Shown one piece after another: positions 40,256 to 49,285 of a stretch of DNA of 64,000 nt. Position numbers and translations under genes: made by a program. The notes beneath the pieces were generated by a model. That model saw only the letters and a program-made list of their open reading frames with translations. It was not told the DNA's origin and ran no database searches. Where the stretch lies: positions 62,001-126,000 of IMG/VR virus record IMGVR_UViG_3300029893_000001. The stretch is one strand, 5' to 3'. The first letter of the stretch is position 1, and each line of letters begins with the position of its first letter.

Positions 40256-40806
40256 CTATCTAGCTTTCTAAACGTTAGGGAGATACGTCCGCCGCAAGGT
40301 TCTGAGTGCTTGGGGATCTTGTGGAAATGATTATCCTGATACCCACCAGGCATGATGAAAACGGATCCCTTGGTAAGAAGGAACTTGTCTTCTTCGGGAA
40401 TGTTGCCCTTAAAAGACTTCTCCTTTACATAGATATACCTCTCCGCACCAAACGACACCACCGCAATGGGATGGCTGAGATCCTGTTCTGGGCTGTCATC
40501 TGCGTGCCAACCAAGGTGCTGATGCTGCCCCTGGTAGTAGTTCAACACACAGACATTGTACTGGCATCCGAATTCAGCGTTCAGGCGCTCTAGGATGCGC
40601 AAGACAGCAGGATGCATCGGCACTGCGTGATACGTATGGAGGGCCTCCCTCAGAGAATTATTGTTCCCGTAACTGTACGATAAGCTCGTGTCAAGAGCCA
40701 TGAAGCATTCGTCACGAGGAGACGAGCGGTTTGTCCACGGAACGTTTTGACGAAGCTCTTCAAAAAGATCCTGGGGCTCATACCCAGGAATGAACTCGGG
40801 TCGCAT
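40252..40806 (-). CDS. AlkB-family 2OG-Fe(II) dioxygenase
   Basis: LNYY...GWHAD...HKIPK...RISLTFR. Confidence 0.9.
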   Translation of the reverse strand: MRPEFIPGYEPQDLFEELRQNVPWTNRSSPRDECFMALDTSLSYSYGNNNSLREALHTYHAVPMHPAVLRILERLNAEFGCQYNVCVLNYYQGQHQHLGWHADDSPEQDLSHPIAVVSFGAERYIYVKEKSFKGNIPEEDKFLLTKGSVFIMPGGYQDNHFHKIPKHSEPCGGRISLTFRKLDR

Positions 40807-41026
40807 AGGTCACTCGCTTGAAGGGTTACCCCTTCGAGGATTTCCTTCACATCTCGTGAGTTTAGGAGAGACTTGTGTCTCTCCGCAAGTTCCTTCACAT
40901 GTCGAGAAGCAAAACTATCTCTGGTTTTTGCATGACGCCATGACCAAAGAAGGAGAAGACGAATGTCTTCTTCGTCGAGGTCAAGTTGAGGTGCCTCTCT
41001 CGAATCAGAATCGTATGTAGTCATAC

Positions 41027-41425
41027 TTAGAGACAGTTACGAAGAGAGCCTTGGTTTGAGGACTGTTCCTGTAAGAAACGATCCTCGTACTTCTTACGAA
41101 GCTCCAAGAATCTCTTGTACTCCCTCTCTTCTTCGTCTCGCGCGCTCTCTTGTCGCTCTTGATAGTACTGATCAAACCACTTCTGAAATGGAAGTTCTAC
41201 TTGCGATTGCGCATCCAGCCGATACATGCGAATGTCTAGGTCTCGTGCCATCTCTGGCGTCACCTGAACAGGGAGTTTATGACGCCAGTGGTCTGCGATC
41301 TGCTGATCGACGCATTCGGCTGCTGACGATAGCGCAGCTTCTTCTGAGTAGGACCAAGATTGGATCTCACCAAATTGGACCACTACATACATCGGTTTGA
41401 TTTCATACTTCTCGGCCTCGCGCAT
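41027..41425 (-). CDS. hypothetical protein
   Basis: AGGAG RBS, 132 aa. Confidence 0.6.
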   Translation of the reverse strand: MREAEKYEIKPMYVVVQFGEIQSWSYSEEAALSSAAECVDQQIADHWRHKLPVQVTPEMARDLDIRMYRLDAQSQVELPFQKWFDQYYQERQESARDEEEREYKRFLELRKKYEDRFLQEQSSNQGSLRNCL

Positions 41426-41440
41426 AAGACTTCTCCTTAG

Positions 41441-41513
41441 TGGAGCTGAGGGGGTTCGAACCCCTGACCCCCTGCGTGCAAAGCAGGTGCTCTCCCAACT
41501 GAGCTACAGCCCC
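41441..41513 (-). tRNA. tRNA-Ala(TGC)
   Basis: G3:U70 pair, loop TTTGCAC. Confidence 0.95.
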
Positions 41514-41812
41514 GAAAGACAACAAGCCTACCAGATTGGCAAGCGATGTCCAGTCACTTTGATTCGAGTGTCCGCATGACTCGGGTCCATTCTTCGTAGG
41601 GTACAAACTTGTCCCCGTCTGGTGACGATAGAACCCACCCACCACACACTCTAGACAAACAAAGTAGGTTTGCCATGTCACTGAAGTCTACCGTGGACAA
41701 CTTCGCCTGCCCTAGGCAGGCCCGAAAGAGAACGATCTCCCAGCCGAGTACGTGCTCTTTACCGTGTGTCTTGACGCACAAACGACGGATCTCTTTGGCC
41801 AGCTTCTGCTGA

Positions 41813-42082
41813 TTATTCGTGAGGGTACCCATCGCTGTTGTGCATCCTACGAAACCACTCAGAAAATACTCGATCGTATTCTCGAAGCCACATCTCGCCA
41901 AGAATAGTGTGAAGTTCGTCCCCCAAACCCAAGTCCTCAACAATATTGTCCAGGTCTTGTTCCGCTTCTTTTAGCTTCTCCTCAAGATAGCTTTGCTTGA
42001 AGTGGACACAGTCAGGGTTGATACAATCGACATTTGAGAGGCCGATGTATGCGTCTTCGGACTTGCAGGCAGGGCATTCCAT
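41813..42082 (-). CDS. zinc-ribbon protein
   Basis: CPAC...AY.....VDCINPDC. Confidence 0.55.
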   Translation of the reverse strand: MECPACKSEDAYIGLSNVDCINPDCVHFKQSYLEEKLKEAEQDLDNIVEDLGLGDELHTILGEMWLREYDRVFSEWFRRMHNSDGYPHE

Positions 42083-42083
42083 C

Positions 42084-42524
42084 TCAGTACTCGTAATAGC
42101 CCTTGTCGAGACGCATTTCAATTCCGCAGAACTTAAGGATTTCTAAGTTCCGCTCTTCATGCGTAAGAGCAGAAAAAGCATCCCACACAGAATTCCAATC
42201 CTTTTGTCGGTCCTCTCGACGAAAACTATTAGGGAGATGGTCCCGCTCCAACGAAAGCAAGGTCTCGTATGGAAGTCCTGGATACGTCGGAGGCCGAATG
42301 ACGCTCATCCCTAAAGCGAAGCCAAAATGGGAAGTCCCCATTCTGGCAGCAAATCCCTCTTTCCGTACGAGGGATTTTACCTTACGCCACTCCCAAGGAG
42401 TTAGTGGACGCGCCAAAATATGGCCCTCAACACGTCGGCTGTGCCGACCATGCATCTGGCTATATGAATGAGACTTCCAGATTTTCTCGTTGAGACTTTT
42501 GAGGTAAGATGCTGCGTCTGCCAT
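42084..42524 (-). CDS. hypothetical protein
   Basis: ORF within gene run. Confidence 0.5.
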   Translation of the reverse strand: MADAASYLKSLNEKIWKSHSYSQMHGRHSRRVEGHILARPLTPWEWRKVKSLVRKEGFAARMGTSHFGFALGMSVIRPPTYPGLPYETLLSLERDHLPNSFRREDRQKDWNSVWDAFSALTHEERNLEILKFCGIEMRLDKGYYEY

Positions 42525-42536
42525 CGAAAACTCTAA

Positions 42537-42640
42537 ACCCACACCCAGGAGTCGAACCTGACCTCCACAGTTTCGTAACAACGGTCCTAAGGCTCGCGGC
42601 CCGGTCCAGTGCGTTGTGGAGTCCCCCTCGGGAGTGTGGG
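42537..42640 (-). ncRNA. tRNA-framed RNA with about 45-nt insert replacing the anticodon loop
   Basis: CCCACAC/GTGTGGG acceptor, CTCCACA/TGTGGAG stem, TCAGG-TTCGACT-CCTGG T-arm. Confidence 0.65.
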
Positions 42641-42646
42641 ATTATC

Positions 42647-43267
42647 TCATAGATACTGTTCGGCCTTATCACCGTGAAGTGCCTTGACGCGATCAATCCA
42701 CGCCTGATTCTTCACCTTGAACATCGTGGGTGCCTCCCACTTTTTACTGAGTGGGGCCTTAGCCACGACACCCTCGAACGTCATCCCTTCCAAGGAGCCG
42801 TTGCGAATTTGCTCCTCTAGTTCCTTGTTGAAATTGCCACGGTGCAGCAACGCTGGGATGTCTACGACGCCATCGAACAAGCGCAAAAACTCGCGCGTGT
42901 CGAGCAGGCCCTGCTTGTGCACATGCACGTCGATCAGGGTCACCTTATGCGGTTCTACCTGATGTAGGCCAGCGAACGAATTCGGTCCCCAAAACTCGAA
43001 AAAGCAAACAACCTGCTGCCACCGCTCGCTTTGAAAGGCTTTGGCCAGGGCTTCTTCGAGCTGCTTAACCAAATCAATAGACTCTGCGAGTAGCGTCTGC
43101 TGGTCTGTCTCGCCTCGCTGGCCCAACAGCACCTTCCTGCTGCCGAACTTGTAGAAGCCCTGCTTCTTACTCCACTCCGCTCGGATATTCGAGCCGTCAA
43201 TCTTGTCGAAGACATAGTAGGGACCGCCGTACTGGACGGTCCTGGAAATCGAGGGGTACTGCTTCAT
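42647..43267 (-). CDS. RNA ligase-like nucleotidyltransferase (Rnl2-type)
   Basis: KIDGSN, FEFWG, EGVV, FKVKN. Confidence 0.75.
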   Translation of the reverse strand: MKQYPSISRTVQYGGPYYVFDKIDGSNIRAEWSKKQGFYKFGSRKVLLGQRGETDQQTLLAESIDLVKQLEEALAKAFQSERWQQVVCFFEFWGPNSFAGLHQVEPHKVTLIDVHVHKQGLLDTREFLRLFDGVVDIPALLHRGNFNKELEEQIRNGSLEGMTFEGVVAKAPLSKKWEAPTMFKVKNQAWIDRVKALHGDKAEQYL

Positions 43268-43638
43268 GTTTTCATTAGCTCGGGATCCCCGCTCAACTCC
43301 TCATCCGTGAAAAGCATGAGTTGAGGATCGTCTTCTTGTTCAAAGTCGAGACCGCTATAGTCAGTCTCCCGCGGAGGAATGACCAACGTCTCACAGAACT
43401 CATCCCAACATGGCTCACAAATGTCTATCTGCTGACGTGTAAGATCCTTCTTGGAATAGAATCCCCAGCACTTGTCAACAGTGACGCACTCCATTGAGCC
43501 AATGTCTGGACTGCCCATAAAGGAAAGCCCATAATGATTCTGCGGTACTGTTGAAATGGACTTGCCGCACTTATTGCAGATGATATCATCAATGATGATG
43601 ACTTCATTCGTCTCGATTTCCTTATGTGTCTTTAGCAT
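43264..43638 (-). CDS. zinc-finger hypothetical protein
   Basis: CNKCGK...DICEPCW. Confidence 0.6.
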   Translation of the reverse strand: MLKTHKEIETNEVIIIDDIICNKCGKSISTVPQNHYGLSFMGSPDIGSMECVTVDKCWGFYSKKDLTRQQIDICEPCWDEFCETLVIPPRETDYSGLDFEQEDDPQLMLFTDEELSGDPELMKT

Positions 43639-43653
43639 TACCAAGCCCTCGCA

Positions 43654-43725
43654 CGCCTGCGGTGGGGATCGAACCCACGACATAGGGATTTAGAATCCCA
43701 CGTTCTACCACTGAACTACGCAGGC
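43654..43725 (-). tRNA. amber suppressor tRNA (anticodon CTA)
   Basis: Canonical cloverleaf; GGGA-TTCTAAA-TCCC. Confidence 0.88.
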
Positions 43726-43748
43726 AAACGGCACCAAGTTCTGGTGCC

Positions 43749-43768
43749 TAGTATCGCTAGGGTTCAGC
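43749..43768 (-). promoter_or_regulatory. conserved 20-bp motif, copy 8
   Basis: GCTGAACCCTAGCGATACTA, upstream of the suppressor tRNA. Confidence 0.65.
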
Positions 43769-43860
43769 CGCTTTCTAAGTCAGCGGAAGCAAAAAGATCG
43801 CTTCAAGCGCGCCCAGACAACAGCGACGAACCCCTACGTCGACGCCACGGAGTAGGAATA

Positions 43861-44184
43861 CTAGGTGACACCATCACCACTCTCTAACTTCTCACGAGTG
43901 GCCCATGCCTGAAGGTCAGGCTTCGTAGGAAAGTTAGGAGCACTCTTAGAGACGCGTTCTGCGCACGCATACGGAGTCCCATTGTGGAACGCTAACGTCA
44001 GGTGACACAAACGCGCCAAGGCAGACAATACATGCCTGTACCTCTGTAGGTCTGCCTGCTTGGAAATGTCGGTCTTGGACCGACGTATTTCTCTTCGGGC
44101 CCAGCGAATTTCCTCGTTTAGACCCTTCAAATGACGCTCCACAGATCTCTTCGTTAGATAGTCCATTTTCATCTCTCCAGTCAA
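43861..44184 (-). CDS. hypothetical protein
   Basis: 107 aa; H...AF..G.PY...E motif. Confidence 0.55.
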   Translation of the reverse strand: MTGEMKMDYLTKRSVERHLKGLNEEIRWARREIRRSKTDISKQADLQRYRHVLSALARLCHLTLAFHNGTPYACAERVSKSAPNFPTKPDLQAWATREKLESGDGVT

Positions 44185-44310
44185 ATGTGTAGTCGATCGA
44201 CTCCGGTGCGACCGGTGCGACTAGAGAGGAGGACCCCTAGGGAGGTGGAGCTACGTGAATCCGCTATGGACCTACAGCATCAAACTATCCTAAATCTGGG
44301 TTCAATGTTG

Positions 44311-44625
44311 TCAACCACGTTTGTGCCATACTGGCTGGTCCGTCTTATGACGACCAGCCCGCTTCGAAACCCAAGCAACAAACCCTGCGACTTTATCGTG
44401 AGCACGGAGCCTATCTAGGGTGTTGTACTCGGTTCCCAGAACCTTCTCTGGGATGAAACGATGAATGGCATCATGGCAGTCTTTACATAACTCAGATCCA
44501 CTACTGAGTTGCTCTGCCGTGAAGTTCTTCTTGAACCACTTCCTAGAATGAAGTGTCCTTGGAATCAAGTGGTGGAACGTCAGATCCAGACCTTCACGAC
44601 CACAGAGTTCACAGGCATCCGTCAT
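44311..44625 (-). CDS. HNH-like nuclease (YisB-type)
   Basis: CELC...TFHHLIP...LCKDCHDAIH. Confidence 0.75.
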   Translation of the reverse strand: MTDACELCGREGLDLTFHHLIPRTLHSRKWFKKNFTAEQLSSGSELCKDCHDAIHRFIPEKVLGTEYNTLDRLRAHDKVAGFVAWVSKRAGRHKTDQPVWHKRG

Positions 44626-44769
44626 TCATACCTCATCCGTCTAAGTTTGGTTGACATTGGGATGGTGTGAATTTGCCCATTCACCCACTTACTGTCAGCT
44701 AACCATCAGGTAGCGGTTCGGGAAAGTTAAATGAAAGACAGCAAGTCTTGTCATGTTGACTGTTTTACA

Positions 44770-44841
44770 AGCCCACGGCGAGATTCGAACTCGCGACTTC
44801 CTCCTTACCAAGGAGGTACTCTGCCCCTGAGTTACGTGGGC
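44770..44841 (-). tRNA. tRNA-Thr(GGT)
   Basis: Loop TTGGTAA; TTGACG-16-TATCTT promoter just upstream. Confidence 0.92.
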
Positions 44842-44875
44842 GCATGGGAGGAAGATAGCATTCCTCCCCGAAACG

Positions 44876-45838
44876 TCAACGAGTCGCTGCGTCTGCCAGA
44901 AGCCAGGCCGCGTCGTGACTCACTCTGGTATCATACACAGAGAATTCTACGATTTCCTTCTCGACCTGAAATCCTTCGCCTACAAGAGTCGCCTTGAGCG
45001 CGTCAATAGCAGCCCTGAATTCCTCGTACAGCATCTTGTAATCGCGATAAGTGACCATAATGGTATAGGTGCCGTCTTCATAGCGCTTCCACGCGTTACG
45101 GCTCTTGTGGGCGTTGTGCCTCTTTGCGATGGCGTCCAAGTCAGCCTCCCTAGACTCGGTACATAGGACGTTGAAATGGCACTCGAAATAGCAATTCGGA
45201 GGCATATGAGGATTATGATGTGTCCTAGACGGTGCTGCAGGGTGCCACGGAATGGTCTCGATCTTTTCCCGCAGCACCTTGAACCCTCGGGTGGACAGGA
45301 ACGTAGAAATTCGGCGCATCTCCTCGAATGCCTCTCGATTGTTCCCCATGAACACAGAGCTTGTCATCAGGTCTTGCATTGCGCCCCCACCCCTAAGATG
45401 CAGATCAAGTAGAATTGGCTTCACACGCGCCTCAGTGCAAGCAACCTTGAAGTCTTCGATTCCGGAACCCGCATCAACAGTGACATGAATTTCGAAAGGC
45501 ACAGGGTACTTGGCGCGACCCTCGCGGGCCTGAAGATCTGCCCAGTACTTCATCTTGTGACCTACCATCTGCTCGAACTCCTCGTCCGAGAAGTTGAGGT
45601 CCTCAAGGATCGAACGGTGCACAAGATAGCAGTCGGCTAGCTCTTCCAGGATCTTGGCCCTGTCGACGAAGCGGTGCGTCGTTGCGAACGCATTCTCGAA
45701 GGGTAGGATGACCTTAGCCAGCTCGCCTACCTCCTCAGCAAGCTTCAGCGTCTTCTGGCTCAGTGTCTTCTTGTCGGTCTTGGTCAGGGTCCGGATGTAG
45801 TCAAGTAAGCGTGTGTCCACGACAAGCACCTCCAGCAA
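44876..45838 (-). CDS. MazG-like pyrophosphohydrolase fused to a C-terminal domain
   Basis: KLAEEVGELA...EELAD; repeated FEIH/FECH modules. Confidence 0.8.
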   Translation of the reverse strand: MLEVLVVDTRLLDYIRTLTKTDKKTLSQKTLKLAEEVGELAKVILPFENAFATTHRFVDRAKILEELADCYLVHRSILEDLNFSDEEFEQMVGHKMKYWADLQAREGRAKYPVPFEIHVTVDAGSGIEDFKVACTEARVKPILLDLHLRGGGAMQDLMTSSVFMGNNREAFEEMRRISTFLSTRGFKVLREKIETIPWHPAAPSRTHHNPHMPPNCYFECHFNVLCTESREADLDAIAKRHNAHKSRNAWKRYEDGTYTIMVTYRDYKMLYEEFRAAIDALKATLVGEGFQVEKEIVEFSVYDTRVSHDAAWLLADAATR

Positions 45839-45897
45839 GTAGTCTCTTCTGTGTTGTACAGACAGACCTTGCCGAGGGACCGACGGCAGTGTACCTA

Positions 45898-46152
45898 TCC
45901 TGAGACTCCCTGTCGTGACCCGAGTCGCCTGTGCAGCACCGTGTGGCGTAGGACAACATTACCTGGTGCATGTAGTCCCGGACGAGACATGTTGTCACGG
46001 TGCCTCATGCCACCATGTAGGGACATGCCTGATAGTCTGGCCTGGGAGTCCGTGGTACTCGTTACTTGCACTACTTGCCGGTAGTGAGGTGGCGGCTACG
46101 ACGGGGAAGCACCCGCTACCTCGACAGTAGCAGCCCTAGTACAGTCTCAGGA
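45898..46152 (+). ncRNA. structured leader/ncRNA upstream of a plus-strand gene
   Basis: TCCTGAGACT/AGTCTCAGGA closing stem covering the RBS; several internal helices. Confidence 0.5.
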
Positions 46153-46160
46153 GAAACTTC

Positions 46161-46481
46161 ATGGAACAGAGAAACAACGACACGACCACCGTCGCCCCCG
46201 AGCGCGAGGACGTCATCCACCGGCTCATCACCGAACTGACGTCCCTGACCAAGGAGAACAGGAACCTGGCGATCCGCAAGGCGTTCCAGGCGGTTCAGCT
46301 GGCACAGGAGCGACGGAACAGAGCAGACAAGCAGTGGCTCATCGCTCTGCGTGTCCTCCGCCGAGTCGTCGGCGGACCTACGTTCGCGATCGACGGCCAG
46401 AAGTACCAGATCAGGGTCAGAGACGGGAAGCCATTCATCTGCATCCTGGATGAAGCCAACAAGGCATCGGCCGCCGCCTAG
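46161..46481 (+). CDS. hypothetical protein (strong codon bias)
   Basis: AGGAG RBS, GC3-rich codons, followed by terminator. Confidence 0.75.
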   Translation: MEQRNNDTTTVAPEREDVIHRLITELTSLTKENRNLAIRKAFQAVQLAQERRNRADKQWLIALRVLRRVVGGPTFAIDGQKYQIRVRDGKPFICILDEANKASAAA

Positions 46482-46493
46482 TAGCCAAAGGCG

Positions 46494-46543
46494 AGAAACA
46501 GAAAAGGGGTGCCGGAATTTTCCGGCACCCCTTTTCTGTTTCT
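46494..46543. terminator. bidirectional intrinsic terminator
   Basis: AGAAACAGAAAAGGGGTGCCGGAA-TT-TTCCGGCACCCCTTTTCTGTTTCT. Confidence 0.88.
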
Positions 46544-46860
46544 ACAACTGGATGCGACCCCGGTACAACAAAACTCCGCTTTGGACGGCCGATTCTTCAA
46601 CCTTCCTCAGGGAGTCTAATTCCTCATCCGTCATTTGCCTTACCCAGACTGCTCCGGCTACTAAAACCGACCCATGAGGAGTGATGCACTCGTACATGGA
46701 TTTGAGTTCTGGTACGTCGCTATGAGCAGCGAGGCTACCCGCAATTCGACACAACCAAGACGGTTGCCCGTCTGGGAAATCTACCGCGCAGGGATCGCCT
46801 TTCGAGAAAACACCAACCTCGTAGACTTTCATGGTCCCTCAGGTGTGGGTAGGAATGATA

Positions 46861-46933
46861 TGGCGGAGGCCGGGATCGAACCGACGACACCTTGGGCTTC
46901 AACCAAGTGCTCTACCAACTGAGCTACTCCGCC
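46861..46933 (-). tRNA. tRNA-Phe(GAA)
   Basis: Loop TTGAAGC. Confidence 0.92.
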
Positions 46934-46952
46934 TTAATTTTCACAAATTTCA

Positions 46953-47024
46953 CAGGCTAGCCAGGACTTGAACCTGGAGTAACGGATTTGGAATCCGTCG
47001 TGTTACCAATTACACCACTAGCCT
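46953..47024 (-). tRNA. tRNA-Trp(CCA)
   Basis: Loop TTCCAAA. Confidence 0.9.
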
Positions 47025-47035
47025 ATACTCTTCCA

Positions 47036-47440
47036 TCAGCCAAACTGGCTGGTGGTACGGCGTCTATGACAGTTTGCGCAGCGAACTACACATTTCTCTA
47101 TTTCAGAGACGATCGTCTCCCACGAATAACTATTCTGAATCATGGCTGATATAGCGGCACGCTTGTTGTCTGGGTCAACGTGATCGAACTCCAGAACAAC
47201 GGGGTCTTCTTCTCCACAATCAACACAGGGGTTACGGAGAAGGAAAGATAACAGCCTCTTCTTGTTTTCATCCATTATCTTGATATTATTAGCTCTATAA
47301 CGACCACTATTTCGCTGGTAGTGGGAAGCGTTCATAGACTTCATGCAGAGCTTACAGTAACTCTGTCGCCGGCCCTTCTTTCTGTTCCGCCATGAGAACA
47401 TAGAGTCGGGTCTGTCGTTCAAGCATCGTCGACATCTCAT
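47036..47440 (-). CDS. HNH endonuclease
   Basis: CVDCG...LEFDH...EIEKC...CANCHR. Confidence 0.85.
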   Translation of the reverse strand: MRCRRCLNDRPDSMFSWRNRKKGRRQSYCKLCMKSMNASHYQRNSGRYRANNIKIMDENKKRLLSFLLRNPCVDCGEEDPVVLEFDHVDPDNKRAAISAMIQNSYSWETIVSEIEKCVVRCANCHRRRTTSQFG

Positions 47441-47481
47441 GTCGACGATGCTTGAACTCCAAACTAACGCTTTAAGTTGGA

Positions 47482-47612
47482 GCGCTGACAGGAGGTGTGA
47501 GGACCAGCTTCTTTTGCTCTACCAACTGAGCTACCCCTCCACACAACGGAGGGGGTTGGACTCGAACCAACGACACAAAGATTTACAATGTAGTCCTCAC
47601 TGCATTCAGCGC
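47482..47612 (-). ncRNA. Y RNA-like 5
   Basis: GCGCTGAATG...GACTACA, T-arm, looped acceptor CCCCTCC/GGAGGGG, D-arm AGCTCAGTTGGTAGAGC...CCTGTCAGCGC. Confidence 0.85.
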
Positions 47613-47750
47613 AGTGATCTTAGGCGAGCGTCACCAAAGGCGGTTGACGTCAGCCCAGCCCGTAAATCGCCAAGCATCATAGCAATGACGATAACGGTTG
47701 TTTGGGCTGTTGGGGAACACGGAAAGCATTCTCTCCTCCGTCAACCAACC

Positions 47751-47778
47751 ATGGTAGCAAGGCGGAAGCACTTGTCAA
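47751..47778 (-). promoter_or_regulatory. sigma70-like promoter
   Basis: TTGACA-16nt-TACCAT with TGn extension. Confidence 0.6.
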
Positions 47779-47967
47779 GCAACAATGTGAATTAGAGGTA
47801 ACTAAGACACAGTCTGCAGTAACATTCTTCATCGTAGCCTTCCTCGTGCTCCTCTAAATCAGGACCAGGAACGCCACGCTCTTCGGCCAAATCACGAATC
47901 TCTTCCAGTGTCATGGCTTCTTCTTGCGTCGTGACCTCATCTGCACGAAGATCCACCAATAGTCTCA

Positions 47968-48054
47968 CGGAGGGTGAGGGATTCGAACCCCCGGTGCCCT
48001 TTCGAGCACGCCTGTTTTCGAAACAGGTGCCATCGACCACTCGGCCAACCCTCC
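47968..48054 (-). tRNA. tRNA-Ser(CGA)
   Basis: Class II, loop TTCGAAA. Confidence 0.92.
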
Positions 48055-48081
48055 TGGTTAGGAGCTTGCCGCCCTCCCACA

Positions 48082-48519
48082 TCACCGTCCATCCCCAACA
48101 AGAAGTTTGGACTTCTCGGTTACAACTCTTCCGTCACTGAGAATGATGAAGGTTTGCTTATTGCGCTTCCAAGCGTATTTCACTGTCTCCCACGATCCAC
48201 TGCCCTTTTTCAAAAGGTAATCCGTAGGAGGAGCAGCGAACAACTTGTGGCAAACACTAGCAAGCTCTCGGTTTCGAGGCATCGGACTCAAATCAGCCCG
48301 AGTAGTGCGAACTCGAAACCCTAGCTCTCGTGCTAACGTAGCGAATTCTTGGTCGGAGCCTTGCCCGTCGTTATGGAGAGCAATACAAGACTCACGGTCG
48401 TGTGCATTGAGTAGCTCCAACAACGTATGCCTCTGTGCCTCCGTGAGGCCTGCCGAGCGCCCGGTGAAACCCAAGTACACTACGTAGGTGCCGGTTTCAG
48501 GGTCGTATGACGGAGTCAC
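48082..48519 (-). CDS. SLOG-family protein
   Basis: GFTG....G.T, H.D..G.D, RN, SGSW.T. Confidence 0.7.
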   Translation of the reverse strand: MTPSYDPETGTYVVYLGFTGRSAGLTEAQRHTLLELLNAHDRESCIALHNDGQGSDQEFATLARELGFRVRTTRADLSPMPRNRELASVCHKLFAAPPTDYLLKKGSGSWETVKYAWKRNKQTFIILSDGRVVTEKSKLLVGDGR

Positions 48520-48957
48520 CTAGAACTCGAAAGAGCGCGCGGGACGGACATTCCCTTTAAGTAGACGGGATGACCCTCCCATGAATCTGGGAGTTCCTTC
48601 TTTGCCTTGATCAAAAGGGAGGTGCGGGACTCCTCGTCGTCGTTCATCGCGTATACAATGATTCCAGGTGCGCCTCGACGTTCAGGATCGTACCCGTACC
48701 CCAAAGAGTATCCGGAGTCTTGCTCCAGGAAAGTCTCGTGAGCAGCGCGGAATCGATCGAGGGCCTTCTTGAGGTTGTCCATTCTAAGCATTCCTAGTGG
48801 TTAGAGAGCACACAGAACTATTTACCGTCTAGAACGGCGACGCTTGTATCGCAGCCAAACAGACCCGAGTAGAACAGATACCGATTGAGCAATTGTTTGC
48901 GGCGCCCAATTAGTAGCCCTGCCTAATCGAATCATGAACTTTTCGAACCATCGCATA

Positions 48958-49042
<85 letters not shown>

Positions 49043-49046
49043 TCTT

Positions 49047-49118
49047 TGGGCCGGGAGGGAATCGAACCCTCAACATTTCGCTTAAGAGGCGAATGCTCTA
49101 CCGTTGAGCTACCGGCCC
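49047..49118 (-). tRNA. tRNA-Lys(CTT)
   Basis: Loop CTCTTAA. Confidence 0.92.
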
Positions 49119-49285
49119 ATAAGTGCGACAGTTGTAAGTACGCTGTCGCTCACCGTACCCGTCTACTATCTGTGACAGCTCTCGTAGACGATCGAGAGTT
49201 GTTCTGCCAACGGCATCCTCACGAATGCCGCAACCTCACATCAAACTGCGAAGTGAGGTCCCAATTTCCTTCAAGTGTAGCACAC

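Noticed and set aside
43600-43653. Theta/HDV-like ribozyme after the suppressor tRNA
   Set aside because: The downstream sequence goes straight into an RBS and coding region, with no nested double pseudoknot visible.
44284-44306. Extra copies of the 20-bp promoter motif (also near 26009-26028)
   Set aside because: Only the TGAACCC-like half matches; the CGATANTA half is absent.
44660-44700. c-di-GMP-I riboswitch suggested by GGCAAA
   Set aside because: The GNRA-capped P2 and the downstream conserved elements are missing.
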